A stretch of DNA of 64,000 bases from Nitrospirales bacterium (lineage in GTDB: Bacteria > Nitrospirota > Nitrospiria > Nitrospirales > UBA8639). Shown here one piece after another: positions 51,757 to 64,000 of this stretch. Each line of letters starts with the position of its first letter. Within the stretch, counting starts at the first letter, position 1. The stretch lies in the NCBI GenBank assembly GCA_965203295.1, contig CBDBCZ010000016.1, positions 960,001-1,024,000 of the forward strand, in the 5' to 3' direction. A model generated the notes under the pieces. It was given only the letters and a program-made list of their open reading frames with translations. It was not told where the DNA came from and searched no databases. Made by a program: the position numbers and the translations under genes.

Positions 51757-54700
51757 TTCAAGAGCTTTGAAGGTTCAGTACGGTGAATATTTTTATACTT
51801 CAGGCGATACATATCACTTATTGAACTTCCACCCTACGACTTGAACATACATGTGCTGTATACTCCTTCTGCGCACTCAGCTAGCCAAGGTATATAGACA
51901 AAGTAGGGCTCGGCATACATACTAGAGACGAGGTGATTAGGTCATTAGAGCTATGCATGCACACAAGTACGATGTTGTCATCTCAATTGGTAATGAGGAA
52001 CCTTTACGTGAACATATGGCAATCACTATCTTTCATCCCCCCAGGTTTAGCCAAATTGCAAGCCCCCAACAGACCAGTGCTCCATATTGCCACTCATAAA
52101 CTCTTTCAAGTGAACAAAATTTTAACCACTCCAATAACGTGATAATACATGTGTAAGTCCACACACCTATTGACATTCACTAAATGTATCAAAGCAAAGG
52201 AGCTGCACACTTGGAAACTAACAACTAATGCATTCAATCTACAGTCCTCACAGCATTACTGACAAAATAATACTATTGTCTACAGTATACTACTTCGCTA
52301 TAAGGTCAAACTTCAAGAGCTTGAATGTTCACTGTAATGTTATCATCATCTTCACTCAGTGTGGTGTACTTTCTCCAGAGGAATGTGACTTGTGCTGCCA
52401 ATGTGAATGCATAAAAGGGCATCATGATTTACACAGAAATGTATTGTGTATGCATGCGTGTGGGAGGGGTGGGCCATTAAATTACACCTACTTGGTTTGT
52501 TCACGGCGAGTATAATTCAGCCCTTTCAGTAGGAATATCAGCAGGACAATTTCAATGTTCTGCCTGAGCAGTGTGCAAGTTATTGCTTAAACCATGCCAC
52601 CTGTAGGCGGTATTAGATTGATAGTGCACTTGTTCCCTACATGTTTATATACCATACACTTCTTGGTGTTATTGTTATTAGCTAGTTTATACATGTCTAT
52701 TATATGTTATTGAGGAATTGTATAAACACAGCTATTCTGTAGCCCGATTGCAAAATTTGCTATGATTTTTCCCTTTTTGCAACCTCGGTTCCAAGTACGT
52801 GATTTCTACCATGCACCCCGCGCAAATAGCTTCTGTTATAGAAAGATGGTCCTGAAAGCGCTTAAGTACTATTAGCACTCCAGTGTACTTATAATGAGGA
52901 GGAACCTTTAACGATCGAATTGCATAAGTACAGTATGGAGAGCCATTTACCATATTCTAGGTATTATCCACCCACCCCCTTCTTTGAGCAAAGTTATGTG
53001 GGAGGATAATTGATTCGTCCACCCTTTGTCGGAATCATTATATGTAGTGACAATGGAAGCAGGCCAGTTAGGTTACAGATTTTTTTCATATAGATGTCTT
53101 TGAGAAAAACCGATTTGGCCAAGAGCACTGGTTGTTATTATTAGCTCTACCTTTGACAACCACTTCTCGCAGTCTTAAGACAAATGAAGACAGGAAGACT
53201 TGTTCGGATCTCATTCCTGTTGATTCTAACCCTCACCTCCCAAATAAACAAACAGGAAACTTTCACGGACTGGAAGTACTAGTCAATGAGAAGATTAGTA
53301 TAGTTACCACTCCATTACATGATAGACTGTAGCATTAGAAATAAGCTTGTAACCATACCTAAACTGCTCTCCTCCACCTCCCTTTTCTAGAGAATGCTTG
53401 GAAGAGACACCTCGTTTCTGGTAGAAAAAATTTTAATTATTCAAGAGCTTTGTGAAGGTTCACTATGGTGAATATTTTTATACTTTAGGCGATACATATC
53501 ACATTTTTGCTTCTTTAACTTCCACCCTATGACTCGAACATGTGCTGTATATCTTCTGCGCACTCAGCTAGCCAAGGTATAGTCTATAGACAAGGTAGGT
53601 CTTGGCGTGCATACTAGAGACAAGGTGAGTACGTACGTCATTAATAGTACCAAGAGCTACGCATGCGCACAAGTATATACGGTGTTGTCATTTCCATTGG
53701 TAGTGAGGAGCCCTTAAGTGAACATGTAGCAATTGATCCCCCAGATTTAGCCAATTGCAAGCCCCCAACAGACCAACACTCCATATTGCCACTCATGAAC
53801 TCTTTCAAGTGAACAAAATTTTAACCACTCCAATAACAAAACTATAACATGATAATACATGTGTAAGTCCACACACCTATTGACATTCACTACATGTAGC
53901 AAAGCAAAGAACCTGCGCACTTGGAAACTAACAACTAATGCATTCAATCTACAGTCCTCACAGCATTACTGACAAAATAATACTATTGTCTACAGTATAC
54001 TACTTCGCTATAAGGTCAAACTTCAAGAGCTTGTTCACTGTAATGTTATCATCATCTTCACTCAGTGTGGTGCACTTTCTCCAGAGGAATGTGACTTGTG
54101 CTGCCAATGTGAATGCATAAAAGGGCATCATGATTTACACAGAAATTTATTGTATGTGTATGTGTGTAGGAGGGGTGGGCCATTAAATTGCACCAACTTG
54201 GTTTGTTACAGCGAGTACAGTTCAGCCCTTTCAGTAGGAATATCAGCAGGACAATATTCAATGTTCTGCCTGAGCATTGTGCAAGTTATTGCTTAAACCA
54301 TGCCACCTGCGTGCGGGCAGTATTAGATTGATAGTGTACTTGTTCCCTACATGTTTAAATTCCATATACTTCTTGGTGTTATTGTTATTAGCTAGTGTAT
54401 ACATGTCTATGTTATTCAGGAATTGTATAAACACAAGTAGAGTTAGCTATTCTGTAGCCTGATTGCAAAATTTGCAATGATTTATTCTTTTTTTTTGCAT
54501 CTCGGTTCCAAGTACGTGATGTTTTCTGGAATTAAATTTTCCAAAAAACTGAATCCAGAAGATTAGTTCATCACTGTCCTAAAAGCTTAGCGCTTACGTT
54601 ACTGGTGCGGTATACCGTTAAGGCCATATTTTCCAATTATGCGTCAAAATGAATAAAATATTCCATGCCAATTTTCTAATTTTGTGTCGTTCAGAGAAAT

Positions 54701-55403
54701 AATTATTTTTGAGGGTGACGCAAATTTAGAGCGCTTACGGTAATTCTTTTTCTACCATGTACCTGTCCGATCCCCGCGTAAATTGCCTCTGTTATGTAAA
54801 GATGGTCCTGAAAGCGCTTAAATACTATTAGCACCCCAGTATACTTATGATGAGGAGAAACCTTTAACCATCGAATTGCATAAGTACAGTATGGAGAGTC
54901 ATTAACCATATTCTAGTTATTATTCTCCCACCCCCTTCTTTGAGCAAAAGTTATGTGGGAGGATAATATGTTTTGTCCATCCTTCGTCGGGACCACTTTA
55001 TGTAGTGACTGTGAAAGCAGGCCAGCTAGGTGACAGCTTTTTTCATATACATGTACATGTACATGGCTTTGAGAAAAGCTGATTTTGGCCAAGAGCATTC
55101 CAGCATAGCCTGGTTGTTAGCTCTACCTTTGACAATCTTTTCTCGCAGTCTTAAGACAAATGAAGACAGGAAGACTTGTGCAGATCTTACTCCTGTTGAT
55201 TCTAACCCTCACCTCCCAAATAAACAAGCAGGAAACTGTCCCTGACTGAAAGTACTAGTCAATGAGAAGATTAGTAGTTACCACTCAATTACATAATAGA
55301 CTGTAGCATTAGAAAAAAGCTTGTAACCATACCTAATCTGCTCTCCTCCACCTCCCTTTTCTAGAGAACGCTTGGAAGAGACACCTCGTTTCTGGTAGAA
55401 AAA
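51757..55403. repeat. Direct tandem duplication (~1.7-kb and ~1.95-kb copies) of the region 3' of the Calx-beta gene
   Basis: Both copies begin TTCAAGAGCTTTG (51757, 53440) and end GAGACACCTCGTTTCTGGTAGAAAAA (53428, 55403). Copy 2 carries an extra ~230 bp near 54520-54750. Confidence 0.9.
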
Positions 55404-58400
55404 CATTCTAACTATAGTGAGATAGATGACGACCATGAGCAGTAATCCTCCCAGCATAGTGCCGATGATGATGCCTGTAGGTATGTAGAGATAAAGGATG
55501 TGCTTTCAATAGTACTCCTAGTACCAAGCAACAGTTGTATAAGTATTTTTATCAGTTGTTTTGTGTGTTTCCATACAAGCTAGTTACACGGCAGCCTACG
55601 TATGCCCTTGCTGACCTGAGGGGGCATACAACAAGTATTGTTGTGTAAGCAGAAACAAGAATGTGTTTCTGATATCAGGCATTTATACATTAACTGCACT
55701 CAAACCGAGATTCAATACATCATCATCTCCTTACAGTACCTCCACTCGAATGTCCACCTCAATTGTGGTAAATGACTTATTCAAAAGGTACTAAGTACGT
55801 AGCAAAAAGCTTCCAAGAAATGGATGAGTGAATAGTAAACATAAAGCTATTGTTTCTTAGTAATCTAGCTATACATGCACTCACCAATGACAGCCCCATA
55901 GTCATCACCATCAACTGTGGAGAGGATGATAAAGGGTCAGTCAAATGACTCGTATGTCCATCATCATACATACTATATTCATGAGGATCATGTCAAGTGC
56001 ACAGTCCACATTGCATTCAGGACATGCATATTCATCATAGATCTTGCAATTCTACTAACCACACACTAAAGAAACAATAAGCAGACCAGGTTGTATGTAG
56101 CGTTCCTTCCGCCTAATTACACACACCCATCACTTCAAAACCAGGTGATATGGAGATGTAAGTTTTTTTATCTAACTCACACACACAATGTCATGAATAT
56201 AAGATACAACAGCATAAAGGGTTAAAGGGATTTTTAATAATGGAGGTTTATCCACTAGTTGATTTTAATACTGTCAAAAGTCCCTCAGACCATAGTAGCT
56301 AATTTTTTAGTGCTATCCCATAGAAAGTCTGAACCATATGATGCATTATCTAGCCGGTGATTGAAACGAAAATTTCATATTGTCATTGACTATAGGGTTG
56401 TCATACAAGTTTCAACACATCACGTGTGGATTGGAATGTTTTTGTCAAGAAAGTGAAGTATTGCTGGTACAGATGATTAAATGCATCACTAAGGTGTTTT
56501 ATGTAAAAACCATGTAGAGGTAGGCAGAAGACCCAGAGAGAAGAGTTATAACTGTAAAAGGAGTTTGTATATAACTTGTGTAGTGGGAGTTCAAGAATAT
56601 CAAACACATTAGTGATGCATTCAATCAGCAAAGGTAGCTAAGTGAAACTGCCTCAAAAGAAACAATCAAAACTGTATCCATGTATGCAACACATTGAAAC
56701 TCAAACAACAACCCACCAGTTAATATCGGATATTTGCTGTGATGGTAACAATAATATACTGATTTCCATCAGTTTGCAGCATGAACACTGCTTGTGAACA
56801 TGTTCTAAAAGCAATCAGTGCTATAGAGGGAGTCTGCCTCAAGAGAGTTGGGCTGCACAGCAGTTTTCCAACTTGGTTGCTGCCCCAATACACAACACAT
56901 CACTCCTCAGTGCTTCTAACATGCACTATAGCTCTATTTCAGAAAATAAATCGGCATGACCACTTTTAAATGACAATCAGACACATCAACAAGCACGAAT
57001 ACACATGAATATACGTAGAATTCAGAACTACATGTTTCTGTAAAGAATATTATTATGCAGGGCTTGGATACTACTTCACCCTGTAGTTTACTTTAAAAAA
57101 TATAGTGATAGGCTCAATATAATATTACAGTAAATGTATATGAACTCCGTAAAACACACATGCCAGCCCAAGTTCAATCTTTATCAGTTTTTATGATGCC
57201 TAGCTGAAGCAAAAACATGTTTTTGACTGAGAATAACAACAAGCTATGTAAATGCAGCTGTATATAACTAATCAAATGAAATTTAATTGAGTGGTCCTCT
57301 TCCACAGCATTACATGTACTTCCAAGCCTTATATGCATATTGAAAACCAGATACCTTTAGTTTGTTAGCTATTTGTCTTAGTGACTATATATAGTAGTGG
57401 AGTTCAACACACTACTTGCATGCACACAGTTTGGTTATGAATGGAAAAGCATTACCAATACATGCATCACTACAGTAACTGTGCTTTAACCATGTAGATC
57501 TAGAGGTGCATGTAGGCAGAGGAAGACCTGGAGGAATTTAAAGTATTGAATGCTGTTTCATACATTTCTGATCATTATCCCCCAATGCTGTATAAAACCC
57601 TAGTACATATTACCTTCATTTTCTCATCTTTACTTGCCTGTTTAAGTTATAATTGGCAATGTGATTACCTGCTTTTTAATTTACAACCTACCGTCATCGT
57701 TTAGAATAGTGATAAAAGCTGTGTCTGGGTCCAGGTTCACTCCTCTTTGCCTCGTGCTCATGTTCAGACGCAATGAATAGTATTCATTGTTTTCTCTTAC
57801 ACTGTCCTGCACTGTCGTTACATTTCGGCAATGGTGAGGTTCCATGGCAGTGAAGGTTAGATTCTCTAAAACCACATCAAAATCTTCTGAGGCTGGATAG
57901 AAAAGACAATTAAACGGTTAATAACTTTTAAGTCGTAGCTACTATGCAAACTTATCTACCTTTAGCTGTGCCATTAGAGCTGGCCAGCACTAGTGTTACA
58001 TTTACTTCTAACTCCAGAGTGCCTTTGAGGATGTGAGAGCATACTTCCACTGCAAGCCCCTCCTCCACAGAATAGGCAGCATCTTCAAAACCAATTGTTA
58101 TACCTGGGAGAGACATTGTAGATCAGCACTATTAGGAATAGATGTTCAAATTACTCTGTACATACTGTCATCAAGAATTATCTCTGTCACATTTGGTGCT
58201 AAGATTACAACTGAATCTGAAGTAGTAAGATTTGCAAACAGGGTTTCAGCACCCTCCAGAACAATGTCATCTGTGATGGGAATATCTTTGCAATTCCTGG
58301 GACTGCCAGGAGAAAATGTCAGCTCCACGCTGACAGTAGTGTAGTCATCTGTAGAAAAATTGATTATGTCACAGAAGGAACAGGGATGGTATATAGTAAG

Positions 58401-61400
58401 CACACACATATGAATACAACCACATGAATAGTGCCACATGATCTACAAGCATGCTAACCAACTGATGTAGCAGTGCCATCTGTTGTGAAGAAAGTGACCG
58501 TTACATTTCTTCCGAGTATGCCATTCAGTACGGAAGTACACACTTCCACACTTGTATCGCTCCCTTCCGTAGCATTGTATGAGGACTGATTAAAGCCGAT
58601 GGTCACAGCTGGAAAGAAAATCTGAATAAAATCACTACTCTTAACCATTTGCATCAGATTCCACCTACTGTCATCATTCATAATAATGACTCTGGTTTCA
58701 TTTGGACTCAGGGTCACATTAATATTGTCATCAGTAGTGGTTAAAGTCAGCAGAAAGTCCTCATCTTCCTCCAGAATATCATCATCACTCAACATCACAT
58801 CCAAGCAGATCTGAGTTTCATTTTCAGGGAATGTGACATTTTCTGCAATAGCAGTGTAGTCTACGGGGGTCGCATAAATGAGCATGACATTTCTCCATTA
58901 ATGCATAGCCATCAATACAATGCCTAACATAATATTATATAAAGCTCACCTTCAGTTGTAGCACTCACATCGAAACTAGAAAGGGTTACATTCACTTCCC
59001 TCAGGAGTGTGCCATTGATTACTGTCACATTAATGCACACTGTCACATTAAGGCTCTCCTCCACAGAGTAGATAGTCTGATTGAAGCCAATCATTAATCC
59101 TGAAAGATGCAAAGGTTTTCCCTGTCAAATTAATCCAAGCATACAAGCCATTATAACTCACCATCATCGTCCAGAATAGTCACTGTAGTGGTGTTTGGTT
59201 CAAGGATCACTCCACTTTCAAGTTGGCTCATATTTTGACTCAAATTCAAGCAAAAGTCTTCATCATTCTCGAAGTCACCGTCTATCTTAGTTGATACATT
59301 GTGGCATAGCTGACGTTCAGTTGGAGTGAAAGTCAGCTCATCTACAACTTGAGGAAAATCCACTGGGACCAGAAATAAAGGATCACTTTAATCGTAAATG
59401 CAGTGCATGCAAATCAGTGCATGTAAATGTATCTACCTCCAGTCGCCATTAGAACTACATGTACACAGTATTACAATTGCATCTATCTTCAAAGTGCCAC
59501 ATGAATACAAACATGCTAACCAGCTGATGTAGCAGTGCCATCTGTTGTGAAGAAGGTGACCGTTACATTTCTTCCGAGTATGCCATTCAGTACGGAAGTA
59601 CACACTTCCACACTTGTATCGCTCCCTTCCGTAGCATTGTATGAGGACTGATTAAAGCCGATGGTCACAGCTGGAAAAAAAATCTGAATAAAATTACTAC
59701 TCTTAACCATTTTGCATCAGATTCCACCTACTGTCATCATTCATAATAATGACTCTGGTTTCATTTGGACTCAGGGTCACATTAATATTGTCATCAGTAG
59801 TGGCTAAAGACAGCAGAAAGTCCTCATCTTCCTCCAGAATATCATCATCACTCAACGTCACATCCAAGCAGATCTGAGTTTCATTTTCAGAGAATGTGAT
59901 GTTTCCTGCAATAGTAGTGTAGTCTACAGGGGTCGCATAAATGAACATGACATTTCTCCATTAATGCATAGCCATCAATACAATGCCCAACATACTATAT
60001 AAAGCTCACCTTCAGTTGTAGCACTCACATCGGAACTAGAAAGGGTTACATTCACTTCCCTCAGGAGTGTGCCATTGATTACTGTCACATTAATGCACAC
60101 TGTCACATTAAGGCCCTCCTCCACAGAGTAGATAGTCTGATTGAAGCCAATCATTAATCCTGAAAGATGCAAAGGTTTTCCCTGTCAAATTAATCCAAGC
60201 ATACAAGCCATTATAACTCACCATCATCGTCCAGAATAGTCACTGTAGTGGTGTTTGGTTCAAGGATCACTCCACTTTCAAGTTGGCTCATATTTTGACT
60301 CAAATTCAAGCAAAAGTCTTCATCATTCTCGGAGTCACCGTCTCTCTCAGTTGATACATTTTGGCATAGCTGACGTTCAGTTGGAGTGAAAGTCAGCTCA
60401 TCTACAACTTGAGGAAAATCCACTGGGACCAGAAATAAAGAATCACTTTAATCGTAAATGCAGTGCATGCAAATCAGTGCATGTAAATGTATCTACCTCC
60501 AGTCGCCATTAGAACTACATGTACACAGTATTACAATTGCATCTATCTTCAAAGTGCCACATGAATACAAACATGCTAACCAGCTGATGTAGCAGTGCCA
60601 TCTGTTGTGAAGAAGGTGACCGTTACATTTCTTCCGAGTATGCCATTCAGTACGGAAGTACACACTTCCACACTTGTATCGCTCCCTTCCGTAGCATTGT
60701 ATGAGGACTGATTAAAGCCGATGGTCACAGCTGGAAAAAAAATCTGAATAAAATTACTACTCTTAACCATTTTGCATCAGATTCCACCTACTGTCATCAT
60801 TCATAATAATGACTCTGGTTTCATTTGGACTCAGGGTCACATTAATATTGTCATCAGTAGTGGCTAAAGACAGCAGAAAGTCCTCATCTTCCTCCAGAAT
60901 ATCATCATCACTCAACGTCACATCCAAGCAGATCTGAGTTTCATTTTCAGAGAATGTGATGTTTCCTGCAATAGTAGTGTAGTCTACAGGGGTCGCATAA
61001 ATGAACATGACATTTCTCCATTAATGCATAGCCATCAATACAATGCCCAACATACTATATAAAGCTCACCTTCAGTTGTAGCACTCACATCGGAACTAGA
61101 AAGGGTTACATTCACTTCCCTCAGGAGTGTGCCATTGATTACTGTCACATTAATGCACACTGTCACATTAAGGCCCTCCTCCACAGAGTAGATAGTCTGA
61201 TTGAAGCCAATCATTAATCCTGAAAGATGCAAAGGTTTTCCCTGTCAAATTAATCCAAGCATACAAGCCATTATAACTCACCATCATCGTCCAGAATAGT
61301 CACTGTAGTGGTGTTTGGTTCAAGGATCACTCCACTTTCAAGTTGGCTCATATTTTGACTCAAATTCAAGCAAAAGTCTTCATCATTCTCGAAGTCACCG

Positions 61401-63844
61401 TCTATCTTAGTTGATACATTGTGGCATAGCTGACGTTCAGTTGGAGTGAAAGTCAGCTCATCTACAACTTGAGGAAAATCCACTGGGACCAGAAATAAAG
61501 GATCACTTTAATCGTAAATGCAGTGCATGCAAATCAGTGCATGTAAATGTATCTACCTCCAGTCGCCATTAGAACTACATATACACAGTATTACAATTGC
61601 ATCTATCTTCAAAGTGCCACATGAATACAAACATGCTAACCAGCTGATGTAGCAGTGCCATCTGTTGTGAAGAAGGTGACCGTTACATTTCTTCCGAGTA
61701 TGCCATTCAGTACGGAAGTACACACTTCCACACTTGTATCGCTCCCTTCCGTAGCATTGTATGAGGACTGATTAAAGCCGATGGTCACAGCTGGAAAAAA
61801 AATCTGAATAAAATTACTACTCTTAACCATTTTGCATCAGATTCCACCTACTGTCATCATTCATAATAATGACTCTGGTTTCATTTGGACTCAGGGTCAC
61901 ATTAATATTGTCATCAGTAGTGGCTAAAGACAGCAGAAAGTCCTCATCTTCCTCCAGAATATCATCATCACTCAACATCACATCCATGCAGATCTGAGTT
62001 TCATTTTCAGAGATTGTGACATTTTCTGCGATAGCAGTGTAGTCTACGGGGGTCGCATAAATGAGCATGACATTTCTCCATTAATGCATAGCCATCAATA
62101 CAATGCCTAATATACTATATAAAGCTCACCTTCAGTTGTAGCACTCACATCGAAACTAGAAAGGGTTACATTCACTTCCCTCAGGAGTGTGCCATTGATT
62201 ACCGTCACATTAATGCACACTGTCACATTAAGGCTCTCCTCCACAGAGTAGGTAGTCTGATTGAAGCCAATCATTAATCCTGAAAGGTATATCAAAACAA
62301 TGCTAACTAAAAGTGTATAAATGAAGGGAAAGGGAGTGTATGTACACTGTCAAATGTTAAAGATAAGGCTGGCAAAGGGGGTTTATTTCCACATCATTAT
62401 AATCATGAAACGTAACAGCAGTCACAGACACAAAACGTATCAGTACTGTAACTATCTTGTAGAGAATATATCATTATGTTTCATGCACTCTTGGTTTCTG
62501 TCAGAAAATCGGTGTAGATACGCAGCTACGTTCTTTTTTTTTGCTTGAAGGGGCACATGTATAGGTATATCATTATAAAGTAAAAGGGTTCTATAATGTT
62601 CCTTATAGATAAGGTAACAGTGCATGGCCCAGTGTTTGATTTGATAGATGAGACTCCAGTGCCCAGTATTGGACTGGCATGCTGACAGATTCCAGTGCAT
62701 AGTCCAGTGGTCCTATATATTCATGTATAAACCTTGGGCTGGTAATATGATTAACCCCTCTAATGTGCATGGACAAATTGGGGATTCAAAGCACCAACCA
62801 GCAGAAGCTAGCGTGTCTCCTTGCATGCCTGATGATTAAAGGAGATGCATGCATGCATGCACTACATGCTGTTATTCTGTACAGCTGCATGGTAGTGGAA
62901 CACACGTAATTCTGCAACTCTAGTGATTAGTATATATAGTGAAGTTTAGCCTGAACACACTGTGCGCAGTCACAGTAAATTATTTTAACCGAATTTGTAC
63001 GTGTTTCGCTTTCCTATCAAACTATATACATATATACGGTACATATGTTCCGCGCAAACCAGGAAGTCGCGCAATCTTAGGATTGCGCTGCGCAAAGTAG
63101 GAATCCATACTTTGGCGCGCAATCCAGGGATTGCGCAGTTGTTCGCGCGAAGTTGGAGTACGTTGCGCAAACGCTGCATTGCGCAAATTCGTTCGTACAA
63201 AGTTAGAATTTTGATATGAAGTGCATGAGGGAGGAGTCAAAGTACAAACAGCAAAGGGATGAACAAAGGGTCAGTAAAAACAATAAATTTAACTACTGAC
63301 GGTGGGTACAAAACCAATCGCCAACATGATATGTATTAAAACCAACAATGTAGTGAAACCAACACATTTGTAGTGAAACATTTGTCACAACCATTACATT
63401 GTCAATAATTCTGGCAATCTACAATCACAATAAAAACTGATGGCTTGCAAGCCGCAGAGACACTGCATTACTGATCGAGCATTGCATTTTTATACATGTA
63501 TAGAAGTGTCACCATCGCGTGTGCGCAAAAGTGGAATTGGCTGCGCAATCCTGGGATTGCGCGCCAAAGTATGGATTCCTAGTTTGCATTGCGCAATTCT
63601 AGGATTGCGCAAATTCCTGGTTCGCGCGGAACATATATTATGTACACACATAATGCCTGAACACATGTCCTGCATTGGCCTCGTGCCCGAGGCTAGTCCT
63701 ACTTGTGATTAATATGCACTTTTTAATTGTATAATCTGCAGCATGCAGTCTCTTACCTTCTGATGAGTGGACCCAGGCGGGGAAGATATAGACGGCGAGC
63801 AGAATAAAGCACCAACCCCGGGCGAGGAGTCCATTGTGCGACAT
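55339..63844 (-). CDS. Single-pass membrane protein with ~9 tandem Calx-beta domains
   Basis: Signal exon 63844-63757 (MSHNGLLARGWCFILLAVYIFPAWVHSSE-G). Paired half-domain exons (IGFNQxxYxVxE...DGTA and DY...TF...DDDILExDEDF...I.NDD) from 62281 to 57692. Micro-exon VDGDDYGAVI at ~55916-55886. TM exon GIIIGTMLGGLLLMVVIYLTIVRMFFYQKR at 55475-55339. Final cytoplasmic exon not resolved. Confidence 0.85.
58440..62285. repeat. 1060-bp tandem repeat (4 exons, 2 Calx-beta domains per unit), about 3.6 copies
   Basis: Near-identical ORFs recur at 59516/60576/61636 and 59151/60211/61271 (period 1060), introns included. Confidence 0.95.
63046..63633. mobile_element. Second (inverted) copy of the 18735-19354 MITE, in intron 1 of the Calx-beta gene
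   Basis: Same TIRs and reverse-complement internal sequence. Confidence 0.85.
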
Positions 63845-64000
63845 CGCGACGATATTGCAGACTTTACTCACTGTTTGCTTTATACAATGCGCAGACTGCA
63901 ATTGAGTAGCAAAACAGCTTTTTTATCATAATTGACATGCTAGCTTCCTGCCCACTACGTCAGCGGAACTATATGAACACATCTTCGACGGATAGAGAGT

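Noticed and set aside
51933..55245. Duplicated short ORFs (MHSIYSPHS..., ...SRSLKTNEDRKTC)
   Set aside because: The frames are not conserved between the two copies and no domain is recognisable; they are by-products of the duplication.

Overview
Eukaryotic, intron-rich invertebrate DNA, most likely from a demosponge (inferred from the gene families and repeat types, not proven). From 1 to 44 kb the minus strand carries a tandem cluster of three paralogous cell-surface receptor genes. They share a homologous signal-peptide exon and a cyclic set of five phase-1 Ig-domain exons (types A-B-C-D-E). Gene 1 (ATG 16422) runs off the left edge. Gene 2 (31025-17631) ends in TM plus two PTP domains (receptor tyrosine phosphatase). 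Gene 3 (43790-34222) is a probable pseudogene ending in Sushi domains, a Cys-containing stalk, TM and a short tail with NPxY and ITIM/ITAM-like tyrosine motifs. An orphan copy of the PTP 3' end sits at about 46 kb. Further right are a two-exon sulfatase (+) and a single-pass protein with about 9 Calx-beta domains built from a 1060-bp tandem repeat (-). The region is dense in DNA transposons: a decayed hAT, a complete ISL2EU-type element with 72-bp TIRs, an ISL2EU SWIM-YqaJ-PHD fragment, a decayed Crypton-like element and many MITE or hairpin elements. Exon coordinates were read by eye and are approximate to a few bases.
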